From the sequence record OY757064.1: DNA of 53,157 nucleotides; one strand, given 5' to 3'. Under the pieces are notes generated by a model. That model was not told the origin of the DNA. It saw only the letters and a list, made by a program, of their open reading frames with translations, and did no database searches. Positions 28,396 through 37,115 of the stretch are shown piece by piece. Source of the stretch: Klebsiella phage vB_Kpn_K62PH164C2. The position numbers were made by a program, and so were the translations under genes. Positions within the stretch are counted from its first letter, which is position 1; each line of letters begins with the position of its first letter.

Positions 28396-28437
28396 ATTCT
28401 ACCAAAACCCGCGCCATTATTTTAGCTTTTCGTGCTA
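28396..28437 (-). promoter_or_regulatory. TAGCAC-module promoter upstream of exo-erf-ssb
   Basis: Minus: TAGCACGAAAAGCTA-N21-TAGAAT; -10 flanked by GCGGG...CCCGC. Confidence 0.68.
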
Positions 28438-28440
28438 TCG

Positions 28441-28790
28441 CTTACCAGATGGTAAGATTTTGCCCGAAATGGTAAGGCGATCTTACTCAACCTTTCTTAT
28501 GCATATCATGCACTTAGTATCATCTAGGTAAGATGGTAAGCCCCCTATAGATAAATAGGTATATTCCATCCAGTAACGGAATATACCCATATCCAGCTAT
28601 AATCTTACCTAAATATAGATAGATAGAGAGTAATAATAATAATTATCTATATATATTATATACTTACGTTTTCATGCTGATCAAAATTTGACCGAAATTC
28701 GAGTAATCCAATCTTACCTAAAGTGGTTAGACCAGTTCGCAAGTTCATGAAAACTATAGGTAATATTGAGTAAGATTGAATCTTACCTAA
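28441..28790. repeat. iteron-rich AT-rich intergenic region, copy A (candidate origin)
   Basis: Repeated CTTACC/GGTAAG elements, AT-rich tract, GTATATTCC hairpin; resembles the reverse complement of 44341-44680. Confidence 0.6.
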
Positions 28791-28791
28791 A

Positions 28792-29724
28792 TTACTCAAT
28801 CAGCGACGCCGGATCGTAAAGCTTGCGCTCCATTCCCATCTTGTAATTGTCGCCATTCGGAACAATGACCTTCAGGCCGCGATCGTCAGCCATGCAAAGC
28901 ATTTCATAATCAGAGCGCTTGCAGGCAACACGCAATTCACGATCCCCTTTGTAGCGATAGGCCACGATCTCAAGGTTGGTAGGAAGCCCGCAAGCCCACA
29001 CCTCGCAACCAGTGGCTGCATAGATGTGCTGCGCGTCAATCCAGGAGCAGGTTAAGTAAACAGTCCCGCTTTCGCCCTGATTGGTTGGGATTACCGATCC
29101 AAAAGTTATATCCCCGGCTAAATATTTCTCGTTAGCCTCATCGTCAATAAACAGGAGATTGCAAAACTCATCTGCTAAACCGTCCTCATGCACAAGAACC
29201 ATCGGCAATGCGTGAAATTGCTCCTCTACGCCATTCTCAGCGACCTTTACGCCAACATCGAATGACTCGCCATAAAACCCCTCATAACGGCTTAGGTTGG
29301 TTTCTGTGAGCTTTTTCGTGCGCTCCATTATGGCAGTAATCCTTTCGTGATCTGTCATCTTTCCGTATGCGTAACCGGAATCACGGCTTGCCCGCTTATT
29401 GACCTTTCGAACGTACTCTACTGGCTGCTTGCCGAGGAATCGCCCCAGGATGTTAATGCATTCGCTGTATGGCTCCCCTGTCAGCTTCATGAGCCAGCCG
29501 ATCCCCTTGTCGGCACCGCATCCTCCACAATAAGCGCCGCCGTCGCCCTTGTTCTCTAATTTATCAGTCCAGCGGAAGCGGTCTTTCCCGCCGCAATGCG
29601 GGCAATCCTGGTGCTTACCGTTAAAGTACCTGGTATGAACTCCACAAATCGACTGAAGCGCATCACGCCACATTCCAACCATGTATGGGATAACGTCCTC
29701 TTCTTGATAAAATTCGTTTTGCAT
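28792..29724 (-). CDS. primase-like protein with N-terminal zinc ribbon
   Basis: 'CPHCGGKDRFRWTDKLENKGDGGAYCGGCGADKGIGWLMKLTG' matches primase zinc-ribbon pattern; start at 29724 (MQNEFYQEED). Confidence 0.82.
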   Translation of the reverse strand: MQNEFYQEEDVIPYMVGMWRDALQSICGVHTRYFNGKHQDCPHCGGKDRFRWTDKLENKGDGGAYCGGCGADKGIGWLMKLTGEPYSECINILGRFLGKQPVEYVRKVNKRASRDSGYAYGKMTDHERITAIMERTKKLTETNLSRYEGFYGESFDVGVKVAENGVEEQFHALPMVLVHEDGLADEFCNLLFIDDEANEKYLAGDITFGSVIPTNQGESGTVYLTCSWIDAQHIYAATGCEVWACGLPTNLEIVAYRYKGDRELRVACKRSDYEMLCMADDRGLKVIVPNGDNYKMGMERKLYDPASLIE

Positions 29725-29740
29725 TCTGAGATCTCCAAAC

Positions 29741-29774
29741 AAAAAAGCCCACCGAATATTAACCCGGCAGGCTC
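29741..29774 (-). terminator. terminator-like stem downstream of the HTH gene, overlapping the primase promoter
   Basis: Minus: AGCCTGCCG...CGGTGGGCTTTTTT. Confidence 0.5.
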
Positions 29775-29798
29775 TTAGATAATTAGCTTTTAGTGCTA
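29756..29798 (-). promoter_or_regulatory. TAGCAC-module promoter upstream of primase gene
   Basis: Minus: TAGCACTAAAAGCTA-N22-TAATAT; TAG is the stop of the upstream HTH gene. Confidence 0.68.
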
Positions 29799-30182
29799 TC
29801 GTACTACTCGAAGCATTTCGCGCTTTTGGCATCGCATGGTAAGCGCCTTGCCGTTGGAATCGAATTGCAGATCGGGACGGCAGAACGAAGCGCGATAGCC
29901 CTTGCACTTATTGCGGACGTAATCACGATGCACCGCCATAGCGCCGTGAACCGAAATCATGCCGTTTTTCTTCCAGTTTTGCAATGCCTGGTAAGTCACC
30001 TTTAAGCGCCTTGCCATTTCGGCTTGCGTACCGTAATATTCAAACACCGCATCAAGACGGGCGCGCAACCCGGCGCGAACTTCATCCTTCAGCACGTAGT
30101 AACCAGTTCGGCGTTTGCGTGGCTTCTTATCTTCTCCGCGTTGGGTTCCGTTGTTTCCGTTAATGGTTCGCTTGTCAACCAT
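29796..30182 (-). CDS. HTH DNA-binding protein (Cro/YdaS-like)
   Basis: 'YYGTQAEMARRLKVTYQALQNWKKNGMISVHGAMAV' helix-turn-helix; 128 aa, highly basic. Confidence 0.78.
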   Translation of the reverse strand: MVDKRTINGNNGTQRGEDKKPRKRRTGYYVLKDEVRAGLRARLDAVFEYYGTQAEMARRLKVTYQALQNWKKNGMISVHGAMAVHRDYVRNKCKGYRASFCRPDLQFDSNGKALTMRCQKREMLRVVR

Positions 30183-30193
30183 AATTCACCTCA

Positions 30194-30236
30194 TAGCATT
30201 TTTTGTTAAACGTGGTATCTTGTAAGGCGTTATTAT
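30194..30236 (+). promoter_or_regulatory. TAGCAC-module promoter upstream of helicase gene
   Basis: TAGCATTTTTTGTTA-N22-TATTAT in the divergent intergenic region. Confidence 0.62.
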
Positions 30237-30270
30237 AACCGCATTATTGCGTAAAGGTAAGAGTAAAATC

Positions 30271-32304
30271 ATGGCTAAACCAATTAAACAGCAAATCGCC
30301 GACTTGGGCGAGGCGAAGATAAAAGAATTGCAGCAAAAATACACCGTTGGCCCGGTTGTTCCTTATCCTTATCAATGCGTTATGTTCGATGAGATCGGAA
30401 AGCGCATAGGTAAATATGAGCATCCGTTTTACATAAAGGCTTCAGTGTCGGCAGGTAAAACCATTGGCTTTGCAATGGTTGCCTCGCGTATCCGGGATCT
30501 CGGCCTGTCAATGATGATACTTGCCCGCCAGGGCGAGATCGTGAAGCAGGATTCCGAGGAGCTATCAAACTTCGACGTTCCCAACTCCGTCTATTGCGCT
30601 GGCCTTGGCACAAAATCAGCATACTTTCCGATCGTTGTAGGCTCGGAAGGGACGGTTGTAGGCGGGTTGTTTAAGGCGCTGGGTGATTTCGTTCCTTCCG
30701 TCCTGGGGATAGATGAATGCCATCAGGTGGATTGGGAAGATCTAGCGGAAGCGATAAAAAACGGCGAATCATTCGAGCAGATGAGTAGAGCCAAAACAGC
30801 GCCGTACAAAATCAATGGCGAGGTTTGCGATGCCAGCATAGAGCCTTGCGATATGGATTGCGTAATATACGGAACCGGGCGCACTCAGTACACGCAAATC
30901 ATCATAGAGTTAATGCGCCGATGCAAAGAGAAGACAGGCCGCGAGCTTAGAATCTTCGGCATGACTGGTTCAGAGTTTCGCGGGACGACTCCGATCCTGG
31001 TTGAAGACAAGGATAAGCCTGGATTCTGGCGCGAGCAGGTAACGGACATTGACACCGATTATTTAATCGAATTCGGTTCGGTTGTCCCTACGCGATTCGG
31101 CGATGATATCGGTGATTTAGGTTACGATCTGGATGAATTCCACGCATCAAGCCGTGACGGCGGCGAGTTCACGATCGCCGAGCTTAAGAAGATGGAAAAG
31201 AAGATTCATGATTCAGGTGATATGACGAAGCGAATCATGGAAAGGGTTGTTGAGCGAGCCAAGGATAGAAACGGCGTGCTGATAACTTGCGCCGGACAGC
31301 GCCACTGTAAAGAGGCGGCAAGCTACTTACCTGAAGGCTCGACGTATGCGATTATCACGGAATCAATGACGGGCAAGAAACGAGGTGATATCTTGGAGGC
31401 TGCGAACCGTGGAGAGGTGAAGTACATTTTCCAAGTTATGGCCCTAACGACTGGCGTTAACGTTCCATTTTGGGATTTCTCTGTGATACTCAGGAAGATA
31501 GGCAGCTTAACGTTACTCATCCAGCTTTTGGGGCGAGGTATGAGGCTTCTTAAGGGTTGGCAGAAAGAAGCGCCTTATCACTTTGAAAAACACGATCACT
31601 TAGCATGGGACTTCGCCGGGACGATGGACGAATTAGGGCAGCTTTATTTCAACCCGATCCTTGAGCAGGCGCAGTATCAACGCCGAGGAAGCGACAAGCA
31701 GCCGCCTAAACCATGCCCGAAATGCGGAAAGGAAAACAGCTTCCACGCTCGCCGATGCATCGCCACGGATGAGAACGGTAATCGATGCGATTATTTCTGG
31801 AAGTCTCAGCGGTGCGAAGACCAGAAAGATGAGAAAACAGGGCGGCTAAAAGTAAGGGGTTGCGGCATAGAAAACGACGTTGTAGCCCGAATTTGTCGAG
31901 GTTGTGGCGTGTCGCTAAAAGATCCCAACGATAACCTTACCGGGAAGCACTATACGCTTAACGATTGGTATGATGTTGTAGGTTTTGATATTGGACTCAC
32001 TCGCAACCAGACCGGGATTCTGTTCAACTACGTACTCGTTGACAAACACGGCGACAGGTTCACAGCTACGGAGAAGTTTTTCCCCGAATCTGACAACGCG
32101 ATTTGTGGTAAGCTATGGCGGCAAAAGGGAGTATTCCCCCACGTATTCGATCCGGTGATGCGCGGTAAGTTGGGGGCGTACAAAAACGCAAGAAAGATTA
32201 TCGAACACCAGGAATTCTTTGCAGCGCCTAAGCGCGTTACGCATAGGGTAAATGGCAAGAAAGAAGACATTATTTCACGTAAGGATTTTGGAAATGATTA
32301 CTGA
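30271..32304 (+). CDS. superfamily II (DEAD/DEAH) helicase with C-terminal zinc motifs
   Basis: 'YIKASVSAGKTIGFAMVASRI', 'LGIDECHQVDWEDL', 'QLLGRGMRLLKGW', later CxxC pairs. Confidence 0.92.
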   Translation: MAKPIKQQIADLGEAKIKELQQKYTVGPVVPYPYQCVMFDEIGKRIGKYEHPFYIKASVSAGKTIGFAMVASRIRDLGLSMMILARQGEIVKQDSEELSNFDVPNSVYCAGLGTKSAYFPIVVGSEGTVVGGLFKALGDFVPSVLGIDECHQVDWEDLAEAIKNGESFEQMSRAKTAPYKINGEVCDASIEPCDMDCVIYGTGRTQYTQIIIELMRRCKEKTGRELRIFGMTGSEFRGTTPILVEDKDKPGFWREQVTDIDTDYLIEFGSVVPTRFGDDIGDLGYDLDEFHASSRDGGEFTIAELKKMEKKIHDSGDMTKRIMERVVERAKDRNGVLITCAGQRHCKEAASYLPEGSTYAIITESMTGKKRGDILEAANRGEVKYIFQVMALTTGVNVPFWDFSVILRKIGSLTLLIQLLGRGMRLLKGWQKEAPYHFEKHDHLAWDFAGTMDELGQLYFNPILEQAQYQRRGSDKQPPKPCPKCGKENSFHARRCIATDENGNRCDYFWKSQRCEDQKDEKTGRLKVRGCGIENDVVARICRGCGVSLKDPNDNLTGKHYTLNDWYDVVGFDIGLTRNQTGILFNYVLVDKHGDRFTATEKFFPESDNAICGKLWRQKGVFPHVFDPVMRGKLGAYKNARKIIEHQEFFAAPKRVTHRVNGKKEDIISRKDFGNDY

Positions 32305-32746
32305 TAAAGGCGATTATTTAGAGTATTACGGCGGGGCGGTTAAGTCATGCCCCAGGGAAGATTGGGAGCAAGTTGTTTGCTTCGATTGGGCCAAATATAA
32401 TTACCCTCAATATGTTTTCTGGCATAGCGTTAACGAGGGGAAGAAACACATACACACCGCCTTGCGCGATGAGCAGGCGGGATTGCTTAAGGGGGTATCT
32501 GACTTCGTGATCCTGATTGGTTTGTCCGATGGGCCTTACCCATTCGGGGCCATTGAGCTAAAGCGGCGGGGTAAAAGTCAGGCTTCTCCAGTAAGCAAGG
32601 AGCAAAAGGATTTCCTTAAGAGAGTCAGAGGGCGCGGAGGGTTTGCCGCCGTCGCCTATGGGAATGAGCAATTTAAGCTGGCATGGCTCGACATGTTAGA
32701 AAAGTCAGGCTTCTCCAGTAAGCAAGGAGCAAAAGGATTTCCTTAA
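32294..32746 (+). CDS. VRR-NUC domain nuclease, C-terminus altered by tandem duplication
   Basis: 'VSDFVILIGLSDGPYPFGAIELKRRGKSQASPVSKEQKDFL' is VRR-NUC-like; final residues read into the second copy of a 127-bp repeat. Confidence 0.85.
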   Translation: MITDKGDYLEYYGGAVKSCPREDWEQVVCFDWAKYNYPQYVFWHSVNEGKKHIHTALRDEQAGLLKGVSDFVILIGLSDGPYPFGAIELKRRGKSQASPVSKEQKDFLKRVRGRGGFAAVAYGNEQFKLAWLDMLEKSGFSSKQGAKGFP

Positions 32747-32826
32747 GAGAGTCAGAGGGCGCGGAGGGTTTGCCGCCGTCGCCTATGGGAATGAGCAATT
32801 TAAGCTGGCATGGCTCGACATGTTAG
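32573..32826 (+). repeat. perfect 2 x 127 bp tandem duplication
   Basis: 32573-32699 and 32700-32826 are identical; 127 is not a multiple of 3. Confidence 0.98.
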
Positions 32827-32831
32827 GTATA

Positions 32832-32874
32832 GAGCACGAATAGCTAAAAAAATTTACGGGGAAGTCTGTATGAT
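32832..32874 (+). promoter_or_regulatory. TAGCAC-module promoter upstream of Dam-like gene
   Basis: GAGCACGAATAGCTA-N22-TATGAT; -10 inside GGGGAA...TTCCCC. Confidence 0.7.
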
Positions 32875-32903
32875 TCCCCTATACCAATCAGCGAGGTTTC
32901 ACA

Positions 32904-33632
32904 ATGAAAGATACTTTCGACGAAGATACACACGACGCATTCACCAGCTTTGAGCAGATCGAGCGGGAAACGTTCATCGGTAACGCATTGGCCCTCGGCG
33001 GTCATTACCAGGCGGTAAAGCCTGATACCTTCTACCAGGTTACGGGCAACCGTTACGCCGGAAGTAAGACGCCGGATGTTGTTCGTGATAAGTGGTCAAC
33101 CGATCGATCGCTTATCGCATACATGGAGGAGCGATACGGCCCTTACGATCTGGACGCCGCAGCAGACGAAAGCAACACGGTTTGCGCGAAGTTCTACAAT
33201 GAAAAAACGGACTGCCTTAAACGCTGGTGGGGTAAGAATAAGCACGTTTGGCTTAACCCTCCGTACTCATTCCCCGATCCATTTATTCTCAAGGCGATTG
33301 AGCAGATGGAGCACGATAACCAGATCGATATTCTGCTGCCGGGAGACAACTCAACCGCCTGGTTTCGCGATGCGCAGCGCGCCGCCGCCGAGGTGATTTG
33401 GATTGTGGCGGATTCTGAAGAGAACGAAGATAAGCAGCTTGTTAGCCGTTCCGGGCGACTGGCATTTATCAACGGCCTAACCGGGAAGCCAGTAGACAAC
33501 AACAACAAGGGAAGCGTGATTTTCATCATGCGCAAGCTTAAACCTGGTGAAGAGCAAAAAACGTTCTATATTCCAGTTAGTGAGATTTGCCCCTCATCCA
33601 ACAAAAAGAAAATGCGTAAGCGCGGAGTGTAA
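32904..33632 (+). CDS. DNA N6-adenine methyltransferase (phage Dam family)
   Basis: 'DVVRDKWSTDRSLIAYMEERYGPYDLDAAADESNTVCAKFY...VWLNPPYSFP' with NPPY motif. Confidence 0.93.
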   Translation: MKDTFDEDTHDAFTSFEQIERETFIGNALALGGHYQAVKPDTFYQVTGNRYAGSKTPDVVRDKWSTDRSLIAYMEERYGPYDLDAAADESNTVCAKFYNEKTDCLKRWWGKNKHVWLNPPYSFPDPFILKAIEQMEHDNQIDILLPGDNSTAWFRDAQRAAAEVIWIVADSEENEDKQLVSRSGRLAFINGLTGKPVDNNNKGSVIFIMRKLKPGEEQKTFYIPVSEICPSSNKKKMRKRGV

Positions 33633-33635
33633 AAG

Positions 33636-33875
33636 ATGGAAATCGTACAATCATTCGAACCGGAACAAATGGAAGTGATTCTTAAAGATCTTTATTGCGG
33701 CATGGTTTGCCGGAAGCTGAAAGATGCGGGCCTCGCCCCATTCCTGGATTGCGATCCTTACGAGTTCGCGCTATCGCTTGATATGAGTTTTGAAGAAATC
33801 ATGTCGGAGCCGCTGGGTTCGTGGGAGGCTATCGTTGATGCCGATCTTGAAGCCTTCGCCAAAGATTTAAAATAG
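33636..33875 (+). CDS. hypothetical protein
   Basis: 79-aa ORF directly after the methylase gene; stop codon is the first TAG of a module. Confidence 0.6.
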   Translation: MEIVQSFEPEQMEVILKDLYCGMVCRKLKDAGLAPFLDCDPYEFALSLDMSFEEIMSEPLGSWEAIVDADLEAFAKDLK

Positions 33876-33915
33876 CACTTTTTGCCTAACTATACCCGCC
33901 TCGCGCGGGTATTAT
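33873..33915 (+). promoter_or_regulatory. TAGCAC-module promoter
   Basis: TAGCACTTTTTGCCT-N22-TATTAT; inverted repeat ATACCCG...CGGGTAT. Confidence 0.75.
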
Positions 33916-33945
33916 TGTTTGCATCAAAGACAAGAGGATTCAATC

Positions 33946-34140
33946 ATGAAAGCGAAAGTTTACTTCCCGCACCTGCTTAACCTTTCCCGCCAGTGCATGA
34001 AAGCATATATGGAAAACCCAAGTGAAAACGGCCTTGATGGCGTGATAGGTGAGATTTATTTCCGCGCCGCCTACGGGCTGGAAACTGTAAACATGTACGA
34101 AGAAATGAACGAGGCTTTTGATATAAATGGCTATAGTTGA
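33946..34140 (+). CDS. hypothetical protein
   Basis: ORF with AGAGGA RBS, follows promoter module. Confidence 0.6.
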   Translation: MKAKVYFPHLLNLSRQCMKAYMENPSENGLDGVIGEIYFRAAYGLETVNMYEEMNEAFDINGYS

Positions 34141-34363
34141 ATCAGGACGCGAGGCAGTTTGGCAGCACGCCAAAGAGGCGGGCATTGCCAAGGATATAGC
34201 ACTAATTGCTAAGTATTTCGATATAAAAGATATTAGCATTGTGTTTAATGGGAAGTTTACCTTCCTTCACGAAAGGCCGCGACGGGTTAAAAGAATCTGT
34301 GTAGCCGCCGCGCCTCCGCACGATCTTAAGTGGTATCTTGCGGATGCCAGAACCAAAAAGTAG
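34127..34363 (+). CDS. hypothetical protein
   Basis: 78-aa ORF overlapping previous gene. Confidence 0.55.
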   Translation: MAIVESGREAVWQHAKEAGIAKDIALIAKYFDIKDISIVFNGKFTFLHERPRRVKRICVAAAPPHDLKWYLADARTKK

Positions 34364-34380
34364 TTGAGGAAAATGTTAAA

Positions 34381-34458
34381 ATGCGATACATTCTGATTCT
34401 AATATTGCCGCCTTTGTTGGTGATATTGTCACTCAACTACTTAATTCAAATAGGTTAA
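34381..34458 (+). CDS. possible 25-aa hydrophobic microprotein
   Basis: MRYILILILPPLLVILSLNYLIQIG*, upstream GAGGAAA. Confidence 0.4.
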   Translation: MRYILILILPPLLVILSLNYLIQIG

Positions 34459-34460
34459 TT

Positions 34461-35588
34461 ATGAAGATTACAGATCAGGAATTTTTGGACGCCAGAAAGG
34501 GCGGGATGACTTATAAGCAAATCGCCGAGGAGTTCGATATGAATATTCGAAGCGTTGAGCGTCGCGGCGTCCGCTTGGCGCGTCAAGGTCACTTACATGG
34601 AAACGAGCATGTAGCGAAACACATCCCGGACGGCTTCGGCGTCAAAGGCACTTCGACCATGATTCGCGGCGATGGCTCCGAGGTTGTCCGCTGGGTTAAG
34701 TCAGAAGTTGACCGCGATCGGATGATTGCATTAATGGAAGCGGCGCAAGCTTCATTTTGTGAAGACCTTCCGCGAGTCGAACCGCAACCTTTAAACTCAA
34801 ATCACGGCTGTATTGAGGATCACCTTGCGTTGTATCCGGTATTCGATCTGCACATCGGCGCGATGGCGCATAAGCATGAATGCGGCGAGAACTACGACAC
34901 CAGCACCGCCGAGAAAGTTTTAGGTCAGTTCTTCGACTACGCAACCGAAGTTGCACCGAAGGCAAAGAAAGCTGTTCTTCTTGTTGGCGGCGACTTCCTT
35001 CACTCTGACGGCCTAGACGCAGTAACCCCGGCTAGCGGTCACGTATTAGACCAGGACAGCCGATACGCGAAGTTAGTTTATGTTGCAATCCGATCGCTTC
35101 GTCGTGGCATCGCTAAGATGCTGGATGTTCATCATGACGTTGAGATCCAGGTTATCGAAGGGAACCACGACCAGGCCGGGATGATTTGGCTACGCGCTGC
35201 GCTGGCTGCATTCTATGAAAACGAGCCGCGCGTTTACGTTGACGTTAGCCCCGCAATTCTGCATCGAACCAAGTGGGGGAAAACCTTGCTGGGCTATACG
35301 CATGGTCATACCATGAAGAAGGCCGACACGCGATTGCAGGCAATGGCTACTGACTTCCGCGAAGAGTTCGGCGATAGTAAATACGTTTATACTCATTCGG
35401 GCCACTGGCATCACCAGACGGTAAGCGAATGCACGTTAGGCATTGACGAAATTCACGGCCAGTTAGGCGCTAAAGATGCATACGCCGCGCGCGGCGGCTG
35501 GCGCTCTTATCGCCAAGCGGCTGTTATCGTGTATAGTAAGCAGTTCGGCGAAGTGGGCCGCTTCATCTACCGCCCGGAAATGAAATAA
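34461..35588 (+). CDS. calcineurin-like metallophosphoesterase with N-terminal HTH-like region
   Basis: 'FDLHIGAM', 'VGGDFLHSD', 'EGNHD', 'SGHWH' motifs. Confidence 0.85.
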   Translation: MKITDQEFLDARKGGMTYKQIAEEFDMNIRSVERRGVRLARQGHLHGNEHVAKHIPDGFGVKGTSTMIRGDGSEVVRWVKSEVDRDRMIALMEAAQASFCEDLPRVEPQPLNSNHGCIEDHLALYPVFDLHIGAMAHKHECGENYDTSTAEKVLGQFFDYATEVAPKAKKAVLLVGGDFLHSDGLDAVTPASGHVLDQDSRYAKLVYVAIRSLRRGIAKMLDVHHDVEIQVIEGNHDQAGMIWLRAALAAFYENEPRVYVDVSPAILHRTKWGKTLLGYTHGHTMKKADTRLQAMATDFREEFGDSKYVYTHSGHWHHQTVSECTLGIDEIHGQLGAKDAYAARGGWRSYRQAAVIVYSKQFGEVGRFIYRPEMK

Positions 35589-35633
35589 TCAACCATGCCG
35601 CCCCCGCCAGGGGGCTATAAAGAGGAATTGCCA

Positions 35634-36140
35634 ATGTTAGAGAATCGCCCGATTAAAGATATCGTTATTTTTGACCTTGACGGAACTATCGCAGACGGTC
35701 GCCACCGCCTTCACCTTCTTCCGAAAAAGGATCTCCACCTAACCGAAAGCTGGTCGGAGTTCAACCGCGCTTGCGTTGGTGATGAAATTTTCGATGGTAC
35801 GCTGGCGGTAATGAATGCCTGCTATGATGCTAACCTGCTGGTTATCATCCTGACTGGTCGTAGCGATGAAGTCCGGGAGCAAACGGAACATTGGCTTCAC
35901 GTCGCCGGGGCTAAATATCACGTCCTGGAAATGCGCAAGCATGACGACAACCGCAAGGATACTATAATCAAAGAAGAGTATCTTCGCAATGTTGGGCTTG
36001 ACCGAATCGCGGCGTGCTGGGATGATTCACCGAACGTTATTAATCACTTCAGGGCGATGGGCCTGCAAGTTTACCAGGTTTGCGACTACGGCAACGAAAC
36101 TCGCGAAGACCTGAAATCACACGGAGTAGAAAAGTTATGA
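35634..36140 (+). CDS. HAD-family phosphatase / polynucleotide-kinase 3'-phosphatase-like
   Basis: 'IVIFDLDGTIADGRHRLH', 'IILTGRSDEVREQTEHWL', 'CWDDSPNVINHF'. Confidence 0.87.
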   Translation: MLENRPIKDIVIFDLDGTIADGRHRLHLLPKKDLHLTESWSEFNRACVGDEIFDGTLAVMNACYDANLLVIILTGRSDEVREQTEHWLHVAGAKYHVLEMRKHDDNRKDTIIKEEYLRNVGLDRIAACWDDSPNVINHFRAMGLQVYQVCDYGNETREDLKSHGVEKL

Positions 36141-36715
36141 AAAAAGTAATCATTCTCAACGGCCCGCCAGGTTGCGGAAAGGATACCATCGCGCGCGTAC
36201 TGGAAGAGATCGGCGGATTCGATATCCATAGCTTCAAAAAGCCGATGTTCGATATTGCGGAAACGATGTTAGGCCCGGTAAAATTCAATCAGTTCATGAA
36301 GCTTTACAACGATCGTGATACTAAAGAAATGCCTTGCGATCTGCTGGGCCAAATGTCGCCGCGTGAGTTTTTCATTCACATTAGCGAGTCATTCGTTAAG
36401 CCGATTTTAGGTAACGAACAATTCGGCTACCTGGCGGCAAGCGGAGCGATTGAGGCAACCAGTCACGTAGTATTCAGCGATGGCGGTTTCCCGGATGAGG
36501 TTCGCGCGCTCATTGAGCATGAACAATCCGATTATCACCTTTACCTTGTGCGACTGCATCGCGAAGGGTTCACGTTTGAAGGTGATAGCCGCAACTACGT
36601 GAATCTGTTCGAAGAGTACCGAGGATACGATCGATATACTGAGATCGACTTCCATTTGACCAACGGCAACGCATACGACGACGCAAACGATATTATGGAT
36701 CTTGTATACGAATAG
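36137..36715 (+). CDS. P-loop (deoxy)nucleoside monophosphate kinase-like protein
   Basis: 'MKKVIILNGPPGCGKDTIARVLEE' P-loop; ATGA overlap with previous gene. Confidence 0.8.
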   Translation: MKKVIILNGPPGCGKDTIARVLEEIGGFDIHSFKKPMFDIAETMLGPVKFNQFMKLYNDRDTKEMPCDLLGQMSPREFFIHISESFVKPILGNEQFGYLAASGAIEATSHVVFSDGGFPDEVRALIEHEQSDYHLYLVRLHREGFTFEGDSRNYVNLFEEYRGYDRYTEIDFHLTNGNAYDDANDIMDLVYE

Positions 36716-36755
36716 CACGAATTGCTAAACATACCCGGCGCAAGTCGGGTATAGT
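36713..36755 (+). promoter_or_regulatory. TAGCAC-module promoter upstream of lysis region
   Basis: TAGCACGAATTGCTA-N22-TATAGT; TACCCG...CGGGTA; TAG is the stop of the kinase gene. Confidence 0.82.
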
Positions 36756-36781
36756 TATTTCAACGAAAAGGAACAACCCAA

Positions 36782-36916
36782 ATGATTGAGGATGACGAAA
36801 TGAAAAAATTCTTTACTAAAGCCGCGAATTATGCTATCGCTATCGGTTTCGGTCTTCTGGTAACTGGCTTCGGCTTGTGGGTAATTACCCTGGCTGGCAA
36901 CTTTAAAGGGTTCTAA
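36782..36916 (+). CDS. 44-aa predicted single-TM protein
   Basis: MIEDDEMKKFFTKAANYAIAIGFGLLVTGFGLWVITLAGNFKGF*. Confidence 0.6.
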   Translation: MIEDDEMKKFFTKAANYAIAIGFGLLVTGFGLWVITLAGNFKGF

Positions 36917-36917
36917 C

Positions 36918-37115
36918 ATGAAAGCAAGATTTAATCGCGTTATATGCCTTCGAAACGACTCTAAATCACTGCCTTTTAAGGTTGGCGCGCATTATAGTAT
37001 CGGGTATGACCACGGCGGCGGAAACTTTGAGATCTACGATGGACGGGGTAGCATTATAATCGCACCGCTTGACGGTCATTATCTTGAGTTTTATCCCGTC
37101 ATTCATTCCAAGTAA
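36918..37115 (+). CDS. small unknown protein, possible member of the FxxGxxY paralog-like family
   Basis: 65 aa 'VICLRNDSKSLPFKVGAHYSIGYDHGGGNFEIYDGRG'. Confidence 0.6.
   Translation: MKARFNRVICLRNDSKSLPFKVGAHYSIGYDHGGGNFEIYDGRGSIIIAPLDGHYLEFYPVIHSK

Noticed and set aside
29796-30182. Lysogeny repressor / temperate phage
   Set aside because: An HTH protein is present but no integrase, transposase or partition genes were recognised; a lytic regulator is the simpler reading.
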